Part shown: one piece after another, positions 1 to 9,757 of the stretch
How positions within the stretch are numbered: the stretch's first letter is position 1
Layout of the letters: the number at the start of each line of letters is the position of its first letter
Assembly (NCBI GenBank): GCA_963665665.1
Contig: OY762428.1
Coordinates: 1,216,001 to 1,280,000, forward strand
Source of the DNA: Candidatus Kapaibacterium sp.
Lineage (GTDB): Bacteria; Bacteroidota; Ignavibacteria; Kapaibacteriales; UBA2268
Direction of reading: 5' to 3'
Length of the DNA stretch: 64,000 nt
Position numbers and translations under genes: made by a program
The notes under the pieces: generated by a model
The model's database searches: none
What the model saw: only the letters and a program-made list of their open reading frames with translations
What the model was told of the DNA's origin: nothing

Positions 1-601
1 GCTCAAATACAGACAATCTCTGCTCCCAGGTGAAATGCCTTGATTCAGTAATATCCGGAGCCGCAAGGTCCATACTTTTAACCGGGGCAACAAGGAATAC
101 CGGGTTGGAGTAACGGATAGCCATATTCAGTTCATCATACCAGTCAGGAAGCTTTATTCCGGCAAAATGGCTGAGCAGCTTCCAGTGATGAAAACACCTG
201 TCGAAAAAAGTAATGCCCTTTTCAGAATTAAAATACTTTTCCCGGTCGATTTCAACAATAGTCTCAAGCCATGCTTCCGGAGCCTTTTCAAAATCGAGGC
301 CCTTCTCTGCAATTCTGACGTTTGCTTCGGCCACGGATTCATGTATACAGTGGTATCCTTTGCCAACCATGGTGTTATCGAAATTATCCCCGGATTCACC
401 ATCCGAAATACCGAATAATACCGTTGATTTCCCCGATCCGGGAGGCCCGTCCAGCACGTAACGTTTAATGTCGGAGCCGTAATCAAACTTCATTCCGCAC
501 TGCCGGCACACAGAAACAAACATTCCTGAAGCGTCCCGGCTGATAATATGCTCCGTATCGGAAGCGCATGAAGGACATTTTTTCACCAATGAAAATTCCA
601 T
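1..601 (-). CDS. Zn-ribbon + AAA_28 (NadR/Ttd14-like) P-loop NTPase, truncated by window edge
   Basis: Not in ORF track; hand translation from ATG at 601 (GGAGAG just upstream): MEFSLVKKCPSC...VCRQCGMKFDYGSDIKRYVLDGPPGSGKST...TFFDRC...YSNPVFLVAP; open to window start. Confidence 0.75.
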   Translation of the reverse strand, partial: MEFSLVKKCPSCASDTEHIISRDASGMFVSVCRQCGMKFDYGSDIKRYVLDGPPGSGKSTVLFGISDGESGDNFDNTMVGKGYHCIHESVAEANVRIAEKGLDFEKAPEAWLETIVEIDREKYFNSEKGITFFDRCFHHWKLLSHFAGIKLPDWYDELNMAIRYSNPVFLVAPVKSMDLAAPDITESRHFTWEQRLSVFE

Positions 602-609
602 TTGCTCTC

Positions 610-1227
610 CTAAAGTTTAAAAGAAAGTTTTATACCTTCAACAACCATTCCCGTTCCCATTATTGCAAGAATCAGGCCCATTAGTTTGCCGATAACCGTT
701 ATAAGATTCTTGCCAATTGCCTTAACAATATACTCACTTAAAGAAAATGCAAGATATGTTAGAAATATCATAAGCGCAAAAACAGCAATTACAATACCAA
801 GATGAACATATTCAGTATTGGGAATAAAATTCATTGCCGTAACAATTGTACCGGGCCCGGCAAGTATAGGAATAGCAAGCGGAGAAACCGCCACCCCGTC
901 ATCAGCATCAACGTGATCCTGGCTGTGAACCTTTGACTTCTTTGCCACAAGCATCTCGAATCCGACATAGAATATCAGGATACCGCCGGTAAGTTTGAAT
1001 GCCGGGATAGTAATCCCGAAGAGTTCAAAAATATACTTCCCGAGTATCAGAAAAGCCGTTACAATCAAAAAAGCCGTAATTGTAGCCGTACGGGCAATCC
1101 CTTTACGGGTTTTTTCGTCTTTTCCCTGCACCAGCCCAAGGAAAATAGGCGTATTGGCAATGGGATTCATTATAGCAAAGAATCCGGTAAATACGGAAAT
1201 GGCAAAAGTCAGTAGATTGTCTGTCAT
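610..1227 (-). CDS. MarC family membrane protein
   Basis: FAIMNPIANTPIF, PLAIPILAGPGTI, KLMGLIL motifs; ~6 TM; ATG start at 1227 preferred over 1302. Confidence 0.92.
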   Translation of the reverse strand: MTDNLLTFAISVFTGFFAIMNPIANTPIFLGLVQGKDEKTRKGIARTATITAFLIVTAFLILGKYIFELFGITIPAFKLTGGILIFYVGFEMLVAKKSKVHSQDHVDADDGVAVSPLAIPILAGPGTIVTAMNFIPNTEYVHLGIVIAVFALMIFLTYLAFSLSEYIVKAIGKNLITVIGKLMGLILAIMGTGMVVEGIKLSFKL

Positions 1228-1662
1228 CTCATTTCCCTGAATATTTTGAATAGTAATAACATACAGAACCTGCCCCAAAAGCAGACTGACATTAATATAC
1301 AAAAAATGGTGGTGGAGACGAAATTTAAATGGGTGGAAAGAGAATTAATTATTCTAACAAATTTTTTATTCAAGGGACCAAAGCCCGTCTGTTAATTTCT
1401 TATTTGCTAACCACGAGCTAAAACACGTGGCTACTTTGAATATAATTATAGATAATACGTTCAGTTATATTCAGTACTTTCTATATTATTGTCATTTTGC
1501 ATTATTTATTTATCGATAAATTATAAATTCCGAATATTGGAAATAATAATAGATATGTTTAAATTAAACTGTGTTATAACAAAAAGTGTCTTTTAGGATA
1601 ATTAGCTTTATCTTTTCCGGATTGAAATAATGTATTATTTTTCATTTGAATTTGATCAATAA

Positions 1663-2674
1663 ATGAGTATTATAAATGCTTCAAATGATGAATCATTTCA
1701 ATTAATTCTTGATATGATCCAAGAATCGAGAGCAAAAGCATCGAGAGCAGTAAACCATGAATTAATTGACTTATACTGGAAAATCGGAAAGTATATTTCT
1801 GATAAATGCTCTGTTTCGGGTTGGGGAAGCAGTATTGTTGTAAATTTATCTGATTTTATCCATAAAGCCGAGCCAAAGTCCAGGGGATTTTCATCTCAAA
1901 ATCTGTGGCGAATGAAACAATTTTTTGAATCATACCGTGAAAATAAAAAACTCTCGCTAATGGTGAGAGAAATAAACTGGACAAATAATATGCTGATTGT
2001 AGGCCATGCAAAAAGCGATGAAGAAAAAGAATTCTATTTGCAAATGACGATAAGAGAAAAGTATTCGAAATCAGAACTACTACGTCAATTGGACAGTTCC
2101 CTTTTCGAACGAACCATGCTTTCCACTGAAAATATCTCGCCAATAGCGAGAGAAATTTATCACGGGATAAAGAATCATATCAGGGATTTTTATTCTTTTG
2201 AGTTTCTAAGTTTAGGAGATAATTTCTCCGAAAGCAGTTTTCAAAAGGCAATTCTTAAAAATCTGAAACAGTTCATACTTGAATTCGGGAAGGATTTTTT
2301 GTTTATCGAAGAGGAATACAGGATACAGGTTGGAAATACGGATTATTTCATTGATCTCCTATTCTATCACAGGGGACTGAATTGTCTGGTTGCAGTAGAT
2401 TTGAAGGTTGGCGAATTCAAACCCGAATTTATGGGAAAGATGGATTTTTTATCTTGGGGCATTGGACAAATATGTAAAAAAAGAGCATGAAGCCCCGAGT
2501 ATTGGTATAATAATGTGCAGAACAAAAAATGACAATATTGTTGAAATATCATTGAACAGAAGTTCATCACCGACAATTATCAGTCAGTACGAAACGAAAT
2601 TGATCAGCAGGGCATTGCTAAAAAGCAAAATGGACGAGTTATTTGAAAATTTAATAAATATGCTTAATTTATAA
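1663..2674 (+). pseudogene. YhcG/DUF1016 PD-(D/E)XK nuclease-domain protein, frameshifted
   Basis: LYWKIGK..GWG..GFS..NLWRMKQF N-domain, IDLLFYHRGL..DLK; one extra T in T6 run at 2445-2450 splits GKMDF|YLGALD..PSIGII. Confidence 0.85.
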
Positions 2675-2707
2675 GTAATCAATCAGTTCTTTGAAATGTG
2701 CAGATTC

Positions 2708-2784
2708 AACCTTCGGAAGGTTTGTGTTTTATATCACCGGTATTATCAACGACATGTTTCTTAAATAGGAACCTTCCGAAGGTT
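2708..2784. repeat. Pair of REP-like palindromes AACCTTC(G/C)GAAGGTT
   Basis: AACCTTCGGAAGGTT at 2708-2722 and AACCTTCCGAAGGTT at 2770-2784 (reverse complements of one another). Confidence 0.7.
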
Positions 2785-2918
2785 TTGGCAAGCGTAGAAA
2801 AAAGGTTAAAGCTCATCCTTCGGATCCCGACAAGTAGTGGACTGGGCGGGATTGGAGAGGTCAGTAGATGAATTATATTTTATAACTATTATTTTTAAAA
2901 AAAATATAAGGCCAAACC

Positions 2919-3479
2919 ATGAAAAGAGCCATTTTAATTATATTTCTAATGCTTTGTTTTTCTTTGTCATTATATAGTGGCAGCCAGGATACTATTTCTT
3001 ACGGAGATACTGTATGGCAGACTACGTATGAAGAGTTATTAAAAGAAGACTCCACATACTACTCGTCAAATCCATTTAAGATATTCAATAAAATTAATAT
3101 TGGCATCATTTATGATCCCAATGAATATTATAACAAGGATTACGTGACCATATACTCGAATACAGTCTGGAATAAAGTTGTGGAGATAAACCCTTCTCTT
3201 AAATATCAACGTGTATTAAATATCGAAGATATTGAATATGATAAATTGTTTAAGAAAATTGAAGAGTCTGATTTCAAAGACCCGGTTTTTGACAGTACAA
3301 AAACAAGAAAATTGCATTTATCCATTACCACATGGGATGGAAAGTTTAAAAAGACTTACAGGTATAATTTACCTGAAAAATATGAATTACTGAAGGAAAT
3401 GTTCTGCTGTATAAAACATGAGAGGATAGATTTTTGCGAAATGATGACTCGACTTTTATCCCATTACTTCAAAGACTAA
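2919..3479 (+). CDS. Hypothetical secreted protein
   Basis: 186 aa ORF, N-terminal signal peptide MKRAILIIFLMLCFSLSLYS; AT-rich. Confidence 0.7.
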   Translation: MKRAILIIFLMLCFSLSLYSGSQDTISYGDTVWQTTYEELLKEDSTYYSSNPFKIFNKINIGIIYDPNEYYNKDYVTIYSNTVWNKVVEINPSLKYQRVLNIEDIEYDKLFKKIEESDFKDPVFDSTKTRKLHLSITTWDGKFKKTYRYNLPEKYELLKEMFCCIKHERIDFCEMMTRLLSHYFKD

Positions 3480-3565
3480 TAAAATCCAATGACAACAAGG
3501 TAAAACATGAAAATAAAATAATTATATCGATTTTAGTTGCTTTTTCGCAGGGGTAGTACAGTTCT

Positions 3566-4153
3566 TTAATACCCAAAAACTTCGAAATATTTATGCCATA
3601 TAATCTTTTCATATTTTGTAGCATAATTTTCAGCATAGTCTTCACCCCTTTGAGAGGAATACCTGTCTTTTGTATTAATTCTGTCGTGGTGATGTCCTAA
3701 TTCATGAAGCAAAATATGCAATAATTGGTATGCCCTAATCTGATCTTCATTGAAATGACAAACAACTACTTCTCTTTTAACTTCATATTTAACTTCCAAT
3801 CGGTCAAACAATTCTTTGTGCTCAAGGAAATAATCCTTATCAAGTGATGACTTCATATTCTTATCCCATGCGCAAATACCAATCACTCCGTCACAATACC
3901 AGCCGTCATCACCGCCTCCCTTACTAAGTACTATAGCATCGAGTTCAATATCAATTTCCTCCCAGTTTGGCAGTAACTCCAGGAATTTGATAATATCAGA
4001 TTTCTTCAGGAAATGTTTATAACCCGCGCCCGGAGGATCCCGGTCGATAACAAGGTAGTCCTGTCTTGTATTCCAATAATTTGGCGTATCTCTGTACAGA
4101 TTTTTTTTCTGTACTTTTCCGTTCTTAACCTTTGGCGTTGTCTTTCTGTTCAT
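3566..4153 (-). CDS. Hypothetical protein with HExxH zincin-like motif
   Basis: 195 aa; LHILLHELGHHHD followed by E..AE.YA; starts 21 bp after the uvrA stop. Confidence 0.7.
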   Translation of the reverse strand: MNRKTTPKVKNGKVQKKNLYRDTPNYWNTRQDYLVIDRDPPGAGYKHFLKKSDIIKFLELLPNWEEIDIELDAIVLSKGGGDDGWYCDGVIGICAWDKNMKSSLDKDYFLEHKELFDRLEVKYEVKREVVVCHFNEDQIRAYQLLHILLHELGHHHDRINTKDRYSSQRGEDYAENYATKYEKIIWHKYFEVFGY

Positions 4154-4174
4154 ATCTAACCCCTAACATGAATA

Positions 4175-6961
4175 TCACCCAAAAAACTCCTTCAGCGCCA
4201 TTCCGGTGTAAGACCTCTTATTCTTGGCAATATCCTCCGGTTTTCCCTGGGCAACAATCAGCCCGCCGCGCTCGCCGGCTTCGGGCCCGAGGTCAATTAT
4301 CCAGTCGGCAGATGCGATAACGTGCATATTGTGCTCGATTATCACAACCGAATGCTTCTGCTTTACCAGCCTTCGGAAGCAGTCATTCAGTTTGGAAATA
4401 TCGTCAAGATGAAGCCCTGTTGTAGGCTCGTCGAAAATAAAAAGAGTATTGGAAATCTTGTGGGTATCCAGATGTCCGGCAAGTTTTATCCTCTGGGACT
4501 CACCTCCGGATAATATCGTACTCGGCTGGCCAAGCCTGAGATATCCAAGCCCGACATCGTGAAGTATCTGCAATTTTTTGGTTATCTTGGATACTCCTTC
4601 AAAGAATTTCAGAGCCTCGTCCACACTCATACTTAGCACGTCAACTACCGATTTCCCTTTGTACAATATATTCCGTACTTCTTTTTTATAGCGTGTACCT
4701 TTGCAAGCTTCGCATTCAAGCTGTATATCAGGCAGGAACTGCATATCCACCTGCACTGCTCCCTCACCGTCGCAAACGTCACACCTGCCCCCAGGAACGT
4801 TAAAGGAAAAATGCCCCGGTTTCCATCCAAGTTGCTTTGCAGCCTGTGTATGTGAGAACAATTCCCGAATATGATCAAATACTTTTACATAAGTTGCAGG
4901 AGTCGATCGCCTGGACTTACCAATTGGCGATTGATCAACCATTTCAATATGCTCAACATATTCCGATCCGTTAATTTTTTCAAAAGCTCCGGGCATACCA
5001 TTGAACCCGCCTTTTAGCTTTTTTAGCCCGGCATACAATATATCATGAACCAAAGTACTTTTTCCCGAACCCGAAACACCTGTAACAACAGTCATACAGC
5101 CGAGAGGAAATTCCGCTTTCTCAATATTAAGATTGTGCTGCCGCGGTTTCAAAACAGTAACTTTGTTTTCAGGTTTGACTCTTTTCTTAGGGATTTTCAA
5201 TTTCATTTTTCCTGATATATACTGCCCTGTCAAAGATTTTTTCGATTGCAGCATATCATAGAAATTCCCGCTGTAGATTATCTCTCCACCATATTCCCCC
5301 GCTTTGGGGCCAAGATCAAGTATATAATCCGCTTCCCTGATGATATCCGGATCATGCTCGACCACTACCACGGTATTACCGAGATCTCGTATTTTCTTCA
5401 ATATTTTTATCAGCCTGTCGGTATCCCTTTGGTGCATTCCTATACTTGGTTCGTCAAGCACAAACAAAGTACCAACCAGGGATGATCCCAGCGCAGTGCT
5501 AAGATTAATTCTCTGTGCCTCGCCACCGGACAGGGTATGAGTAAGTCGTTCAAGCGTCAGGTAGTCAAGCCCGATATCGACAAGCAACTGAAGCCGCCAT
5601 TCAAGTTCCCTCAATACCTGCGCTACAATTTTTCTCTGATATTCTGTAAGGTTTATACTTTTTACAAATTCGAGTAGTTTTTCAAGCGGTTGGATAATTA
5701 GCTCAGGAATGTTTTTTCCTCCCACGTAAACCTGCCTGGCAGAAGTCCTCAGGCGTGAACCGTTGCATGAGGTACATTTAGTATAGCCGCGATACCTGCT
5801 AAGCATAACGCGGTTCTGTACCTTATACATTTTGTCTTCAAGCATGGAAAAAAAGCCGTAAACACCCTCGAATTTTCCAAATCCGTTAAGGATTTTCTCC
5901 ATCTGCTTTTCATCATACCTGCTAACGGGTATATCCACAGGGAAGCCAATTTTATCAGCTTCCTTGATCAACTGGCGGTTAAACTTTGCATGGCCCGGAG
6001 AACGGAAGGGATGTATCGCCCCGTTTTTGATCGATTTGGATTTATCAGGAAACACCAGGTTCAGGTCAATACCGATTGTTCTGCCGAATCCCTGGCAGTT
6101 CGGGCAAGCCCCGTAGGGATCATTGAATGAAAAGAGCCTTGGTTCGGGTTCATAATATAGTATCTCGCAGGAAGCGCATTCAAATTTGGTTGTAAAAATA
6201 TTATTGGAATTATCTTTCAGCTTATGGATTATTGCCCTGCCGTCGCCGTGGATAAGCGCTGATTCCACGGATTCATGCATACGTGAGCGATTCTCGCTGT
6301 CATGCCGTATAGCCATCCTGTCCACCAGCACAAGTATATCTTCAGCCAAAGTACCCCGTGGTATGGATTCATTTTCCAGGTCAATCATTTTACCGTCTTT
6401 TTTAAGAACGATACGAAAGAACCCCTTTTTACTGAGTTTTGCAAGGGCATCTTTCATATTCAGATTACCCGGTTTGAATGGGAAAGTTATATAAACTTTT
6501 TCCCCTTCAGGCCAATCCATAATTTTATTAACAATAGTGTTCGGAGAGTCTTTTTTTACTTCCTCGCCGCATTTGTGGCAATAAGTGGTTCCCACACGCC
6601 CGAAAAGCAGCCTCAGGTAATCATATATTTCGGTGGAGGTTCCAACCGTGGAACGCGGGTTTTTCGAACTTGGCCTCTGCTCGATAGCAATTGCCGGCGG
6701 CAGGCCGTCGATACTGTCAACATCGGGTTTGGCCATTCTCTCAAGGAACTGACGGGCATAGGAGGACAATGACTGTACAAAACGCCGCTGCCCCTCGGCG
6801 TAAATAGTGTCGAAAGCAAGCGAGGACTTGCCCGAGCCGCTCACTCCGGTGATAACCGTCAGAGAGTTTCTTGGTATATCAACATCAATATTTTTCAGGT
6901 TGTGGAGCTTTGCGCCCCTTACTTTTATAGATTTTAAAGCCTGCCCGTTATTTCCTGCCAT
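4175..6961 (-). CDS. uvrA: Excinuclease ABC subunit A
   Basis: Two GVSGSGKS P-loops, LSGGEAQRI/LSGGESQRI signatures, DEPSIG/DEPTTG, Zn-finger Cys pairs; ATG at 6961. Confidence 0.97.
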   Translation of the reverse strand: MAGNNGQALKSIKVRGAKLHNLKNIDVDIPRNSLTVITGVSGSGKSSLAFDTIYAEGQRRFVQSLSSYARQFLERMAKPDVDSIDGLPPAIAIEQRPSSKNPRSTVGTSTEIYDYLRLLFGRVGTTYCHKCGEEVKKDSPNTIVNKIMDWPEGEKVYITFPFKPGNLNMKDALAKLSKKGFFRIVLKKDGKMIDLENESIPRGTLAEDILVLVDRMAIRHDSENRSRMHESVESALIHGDGRAIIHKLKDNSNNIFTTKFECASCEILYYEPEPRLFSFNDPYGACPNCQGFGRTIGIDLNLVFPDKSKSIKNGAIHPFRSPGHAKFNRQLIKEADKIGFPVDIPVSRYDEKQMEKILNGFGKFEGVYGFFSMLEDKMYKVQNRVMLSRYRGYTKCTSCNGSRLRTSARQVYVGGKNIPELIIQPLEKLLEFVKSINLTEYQRKIVAQVLRELEWRLQLLVDIGLDYLTLERLTHTLSGGEAQRINLSTALGSSLVGTLFVLDEPSIGMHQRDTDRLIKILKKIRDLGNTVVVVEHDPDIIREADYILDLGPKAGEYGGEIIYSGNFYDMLQSKKSLTGQYISGKMKLKIPKKRVKPENKVTVLKPRQHNLNIEKAEFPLGCMTVVTGVSGSGKSTLVHDILYAGLKKLKGGFNGMPGAFEKINGSEYVEHIEMVDQSPIGKSRRSTPATYVKVFDHIRELFSHTQAAKQLGWKPGHFSFNVPGGRCDVCDGEGAVQVDMQFLPDIQLECEACKGTRYKKEVRNILYKGKSVVDVLSMSVDEALKFFEGVSKITKKLQILHDVGLGYLRLGQPSTILSGGESQRIKLAGHLDTHKISNTLFIFDEPTTGLHLDDISKLNDCFRRLVKQKHSVVIIEHNMHVIASADWIIDLGPEAGERGGLIVAQGKPEDIAKNKRSYTGMALKEFFG

Positions 6962-7153
6962 TTGCAAAACCCACGGTTTATTCCAATATCAATTTCACAA
7001 GAAAGCAATATAAGAATAATTATTGAAAAGAGGACGAATGAAGTTATAAACCTGAAATTTATAAATTCAACACATTCCTCATCAGTAATATATAATTTAT
7101 ACTCCCCATTTTCGTTTAAAGCTTTCGGAATTAGGATTATTTTGTATTTAGGA

Positions 7154-7594
7154 ATGGAAATGAAAAAAATCAAGGATATAAACGTAAGTACACTAAACGG
7201 AGAAACCGTTAACCTGATGGATGTTTATAAAAACAAACCAATGCTGATACTATTCTTCAACCTGAAATGCCTTGGCTGTGTCGGACGGGGCATTCCGCTT
7301 GCTTATGATTTCATGCAGGAATTCGTTGGCCTGAATGTTATGGCAATCCACAGTAAATTTACCGATGAAGTTTTTACTAAAGAAGATATTCTTGATATTT
7401 TCATCGATAATGCTCTCCCCTTCCCAATTTATTTTGATAATGAACACGATGTTTACGATCAGTTTGAATGCGAGGGCACTCCGCACTGGATAACAATAAA
7501 CAGAACTGGCGAGATTCACCGCTCGCTTTTCGGTTCGCAGGAAAACGCATCAAACCGCCTGGGCTATGTACTTCAAGACCTGATGGAAGGTTAA
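7154..7594 (+). CDS. TlpA/redoxin-family thioredoxin-fold protein
   Basis: FFNLKCLGC CxxC motif, EGTPHW cis-Pro loop; ATG at 7154 or 7160. Confidence 0.8.
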   Translation: MEMKKIKDINVSTLNGETVNLMDVYKNKPMLILFFNLKCLGCVGRGIPLAYDFMQEFVGLNVMAIHSKFTDEVFTKEDILDIFIDNALPFPIYFDNEHDVYDQFECEGTPHWITINRTGEIHRSLFGSQENASNRLGYVLQDLMEG

Positions 7595-7689
7595 TAATAA
7601 AAAGTCAAATACAAAAAATGATAAATTTCATCTTTGCCAAAAGACTTAATAGTATTAAATTGTGAGGTTTTTTGTGACTGAACGGATTA

Positions 7690-8709
7690 TTGTTGATGAA
7701 AAAACCGGATTTAAAAATTCATTTCACTGATTTCTGGCCTGTATTCAATCCGCAGGACAATCTCTTTGTTAAATTGTTGAGCAAAAAGTATAATTTATTA
7801 TTTGACAATCAAAATCCGGACATTCTATTTTATTCGGTTTTCGGATGTGAACATCATTATTACAATACAAAGAGAATTCAGTTCATCGGGGAAAATATCA
7901 GGCCCAACTTCAAGGAATGCGACTACGCATTTTCCTTCGATTATATTGATTCGGACCGCCATTACAGGCTGCCTCTTTACGCTCTATACATGGAAGAAAA
8001 TGATATCAGCTCAGTTTTTCGCGAACCAGATATTGATAAAATCCTTAATGAAAAAAAGCGCTTCTGCAATTTTATCTATTCAAATCCAGGACAAAAGAAA
8101 AGAAACGAATTCTTCAAAAAACTATCAAAGTATAAAAAAGTTGACAGCGGTGGCAGGTTATATCGAAATATTGACCGACCGATTCTTAATAAAATTGATT
8201 TTATTAAGGAGTATAAATTTACAATTTCCTTCGAGAACTCTTCTTACCCGGGATATACGACGGAGAAGATTTTCGAACCGATGATTGTTGGCAGCCTTCC
8301 TATATATTGGGGCAATCCCTTAGTCGATAAAGATTTTAATTCTAAAAGTTTTCTGAACTACTTTGATTATAACAACGATGAAGAGCTGATAGAACGTATT
8401 ATTGAAATTGACAATGACGATAATCTTCTCGCTGAAATTCTTAAGCAACCCTTCTTCCAGGGTAACAAAGTTAACGAATTCGTCAGTCATGATAATATTC
8501 TGAATAAACTAACAGAAATAATTGAATCGGATATCCGGCTTGTCAGTTCCGGTTCAAATGTATTTTCCAAAAATCCGCTACTTGCCAAAGCAGCAAAAAA
8601 TCAAATAAAGGCCTCCTGGCAGGCTTCTGTATATTATCAGAAAATGAAAAATTTTAAGTTTTATAAATTTAAGATCAAGCTTGATAAAATTATAAATAAG
8701 CCCCGGTAA
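7690..8709 (+). CDS. Glycosyltransferase family 10 (alpha-1,3/1,4-fucosyltransferase-like)
   Basis: GENIRPNF..CDYAFSFD, FCNFIYSN, YKFTISFENSSYPGYTTEKI..P...PIYWG GT10 motif. Confidence 0.92.
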   Translation: MLMKKPDLKIHFTDFWPVFNPQDNLFVKLLSKKYNLLFDNQNPDILFYSVFGCEHHYYNTKRIQFIGENIRPNFKECDYAFSFDYIDSDRHYRLPLYALYMEENDISSVFREPDIDKILNEKKRFCNFIYSNPGQKKRNEFFKKLSKYKKVDSGGRLYRNIDRPILNKIDFIKEYKFTISFENSSYPGYTTEKIFEPMIVGSLPIYWGNPLVDKDFNSKSFLNYFDYNNDEELIERIIEIDNDDNLLAEILKQPFFQGNKVNEFVSHDNILNKLTEIIESDIRLVSSGSNVFSKNPLLAKAAKNQIKASWQASVYYQKMKNFKFYKFKIKLDKIINKPR

Positions 8710-8710
8710 G

Positions 8711-9757
8711 CTATTTCTCCAATAATTCCTTCATTTTTATAAATACATTTCCGGCTGTTATCGAAGTCATACATTCCAATGTACCGAGCGGGCATTCTTT
8801 GCTGCCATGTATTGCGCAAGGCCTGCATTTCAAATTTTCGTTCTGCATTATTGCATTTGTTCCGGACATTGGAGAAAATCCAAATTCAGGTACAGTAGGG
8901 CCAAAAATTGCTATTACAGGACATCCGGCAAGCCATGCAAAATGGGTGGGAGCGCTGTCGTTTGTTATCAGCAATTTTGATTTTGACAGCAAATTAATTG
9001 TTTCAGGTATCGTAGTTTTTCCGCACAGGTTAACAGCTCCGCTTTTAGAAGATATTAATTCACACACAGGTTCATCAGCCGCTCCGCCAATTAAAACCGG
9101 TATAAAATCATTAGATAATAATATGCCTGCTAATTCCGAGAATCTTTCTTCCGGCCATTTTTTTGTTTCCCATACGGATCCGGGAGCCAATACTATTAGT
9201 TTCTTATCATTATAAGGATTGATTTCCTTGATTATATTATCAACCTTACTTTCAATTTCATCGCTATATTTTACTAATCCGGTTAATACCGGCTCATCAG
9301 GACAATATTGCAATTTTTTTAATAATTCATAATTACGATAAATTTCATGCCGGTGAATTTTATATTTAGCTCTTTTAGTATATAAATATGATATTGATGC
9401 TTTGTTGAAGCCAATTTTTGCATCGGATTTGGTATGATAAGCAATTAATGTAGAGCGTAAAGACCTGTGTGGTACAATCAGGCATTCAGTTCCAAATTCG
9501 TCAATTTTTGCAGCAATATCCTTAATACCACTATACCCTTTTTGGGCTTTCCTTTTATCGAAACTTACTACTTCCCTGATAAAGGGAGACATTTTTGTAA
9601 TTGACGATGCGGCGGGAGTTGTAACAAACTGAATTCTCGCTTCAGGATTAACTGAAATAATTGTGGCAGGCAGATGCATTGTAAGTGCCACATCACCAAG
9701 AAAGGCCGTATTAAGTATTGAATAACTTTTATAATCGTAAAGGCTATTTTTTTTCAT
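8711..9757 (-). CDS. Glycosyltransferase family 9 (WaaF-like LPS heptosyltransferase)
   Basis: TAFLGDVAL, APGSVWETKKWP, TNDSAPTH, FGPT, CRPC..HG..CP. Confidence 0.9.
   Translation of the reverse strand: MKKNSLYDYKSYSILNTAFLGDVALTMHLPATIISVNPEARIQFVTTPAASSITKMSPFIREVVSFDKRKAQKGYSGIKDIAAKIDEFGTECLIVPHRSLRSTLIAYHTKSDAKIGFNKASISYLYTKRAKYKIHRHEIYRNYELLKKLQYCPDEPVLTGLVKYSDEIESKVDNIIKEINPYNDKKLIVLAPGSVWETKKWPEERFSELAGILLSNDFIPVLIGGAADEPVCELISSKSGAVNLCGKTTIPETINLLSKSKLLITNDSAPTHFAWLAGCPVIAIFGPTVPEFGFSPMSGTNAIMQNENLKCRPCAIHGSKECPLGTLECMTSITAGNVFIKMKELLEK

Noticed and set aside
154-486. ORF-track calls of 110, 83 and 82 aa
   Set aside because: They overlap the real minus-strand gene at 1-601 in other frames.
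1409-1432. Degenerate hairpin AACCACGAGCTAAAACACGTGGCT
   Set aside because: Resembles a REP-type palindrome but is single-copy and too degenerate to call.
3507-3565. Signal-peptide-like remnant after the secreted gene
   Set aside because: The ATG frame stops after four codons; too short to support a pseudogene call.
3540-4170. Integron cassette reading of the HExxH gene (GTTAGAT just before ATG)
   Set aside because: No complementary RYYYAAC or attC hairpin downstream, and no integrase.
6962-7153. Long N-terminal extension of the redoxin ORF; similar extensions on marC, porV, both TBDRs and holB
   Set aside because: Downstream ATGs give proper signal peptides or family N-termini, and the extensions cover promoter regions.
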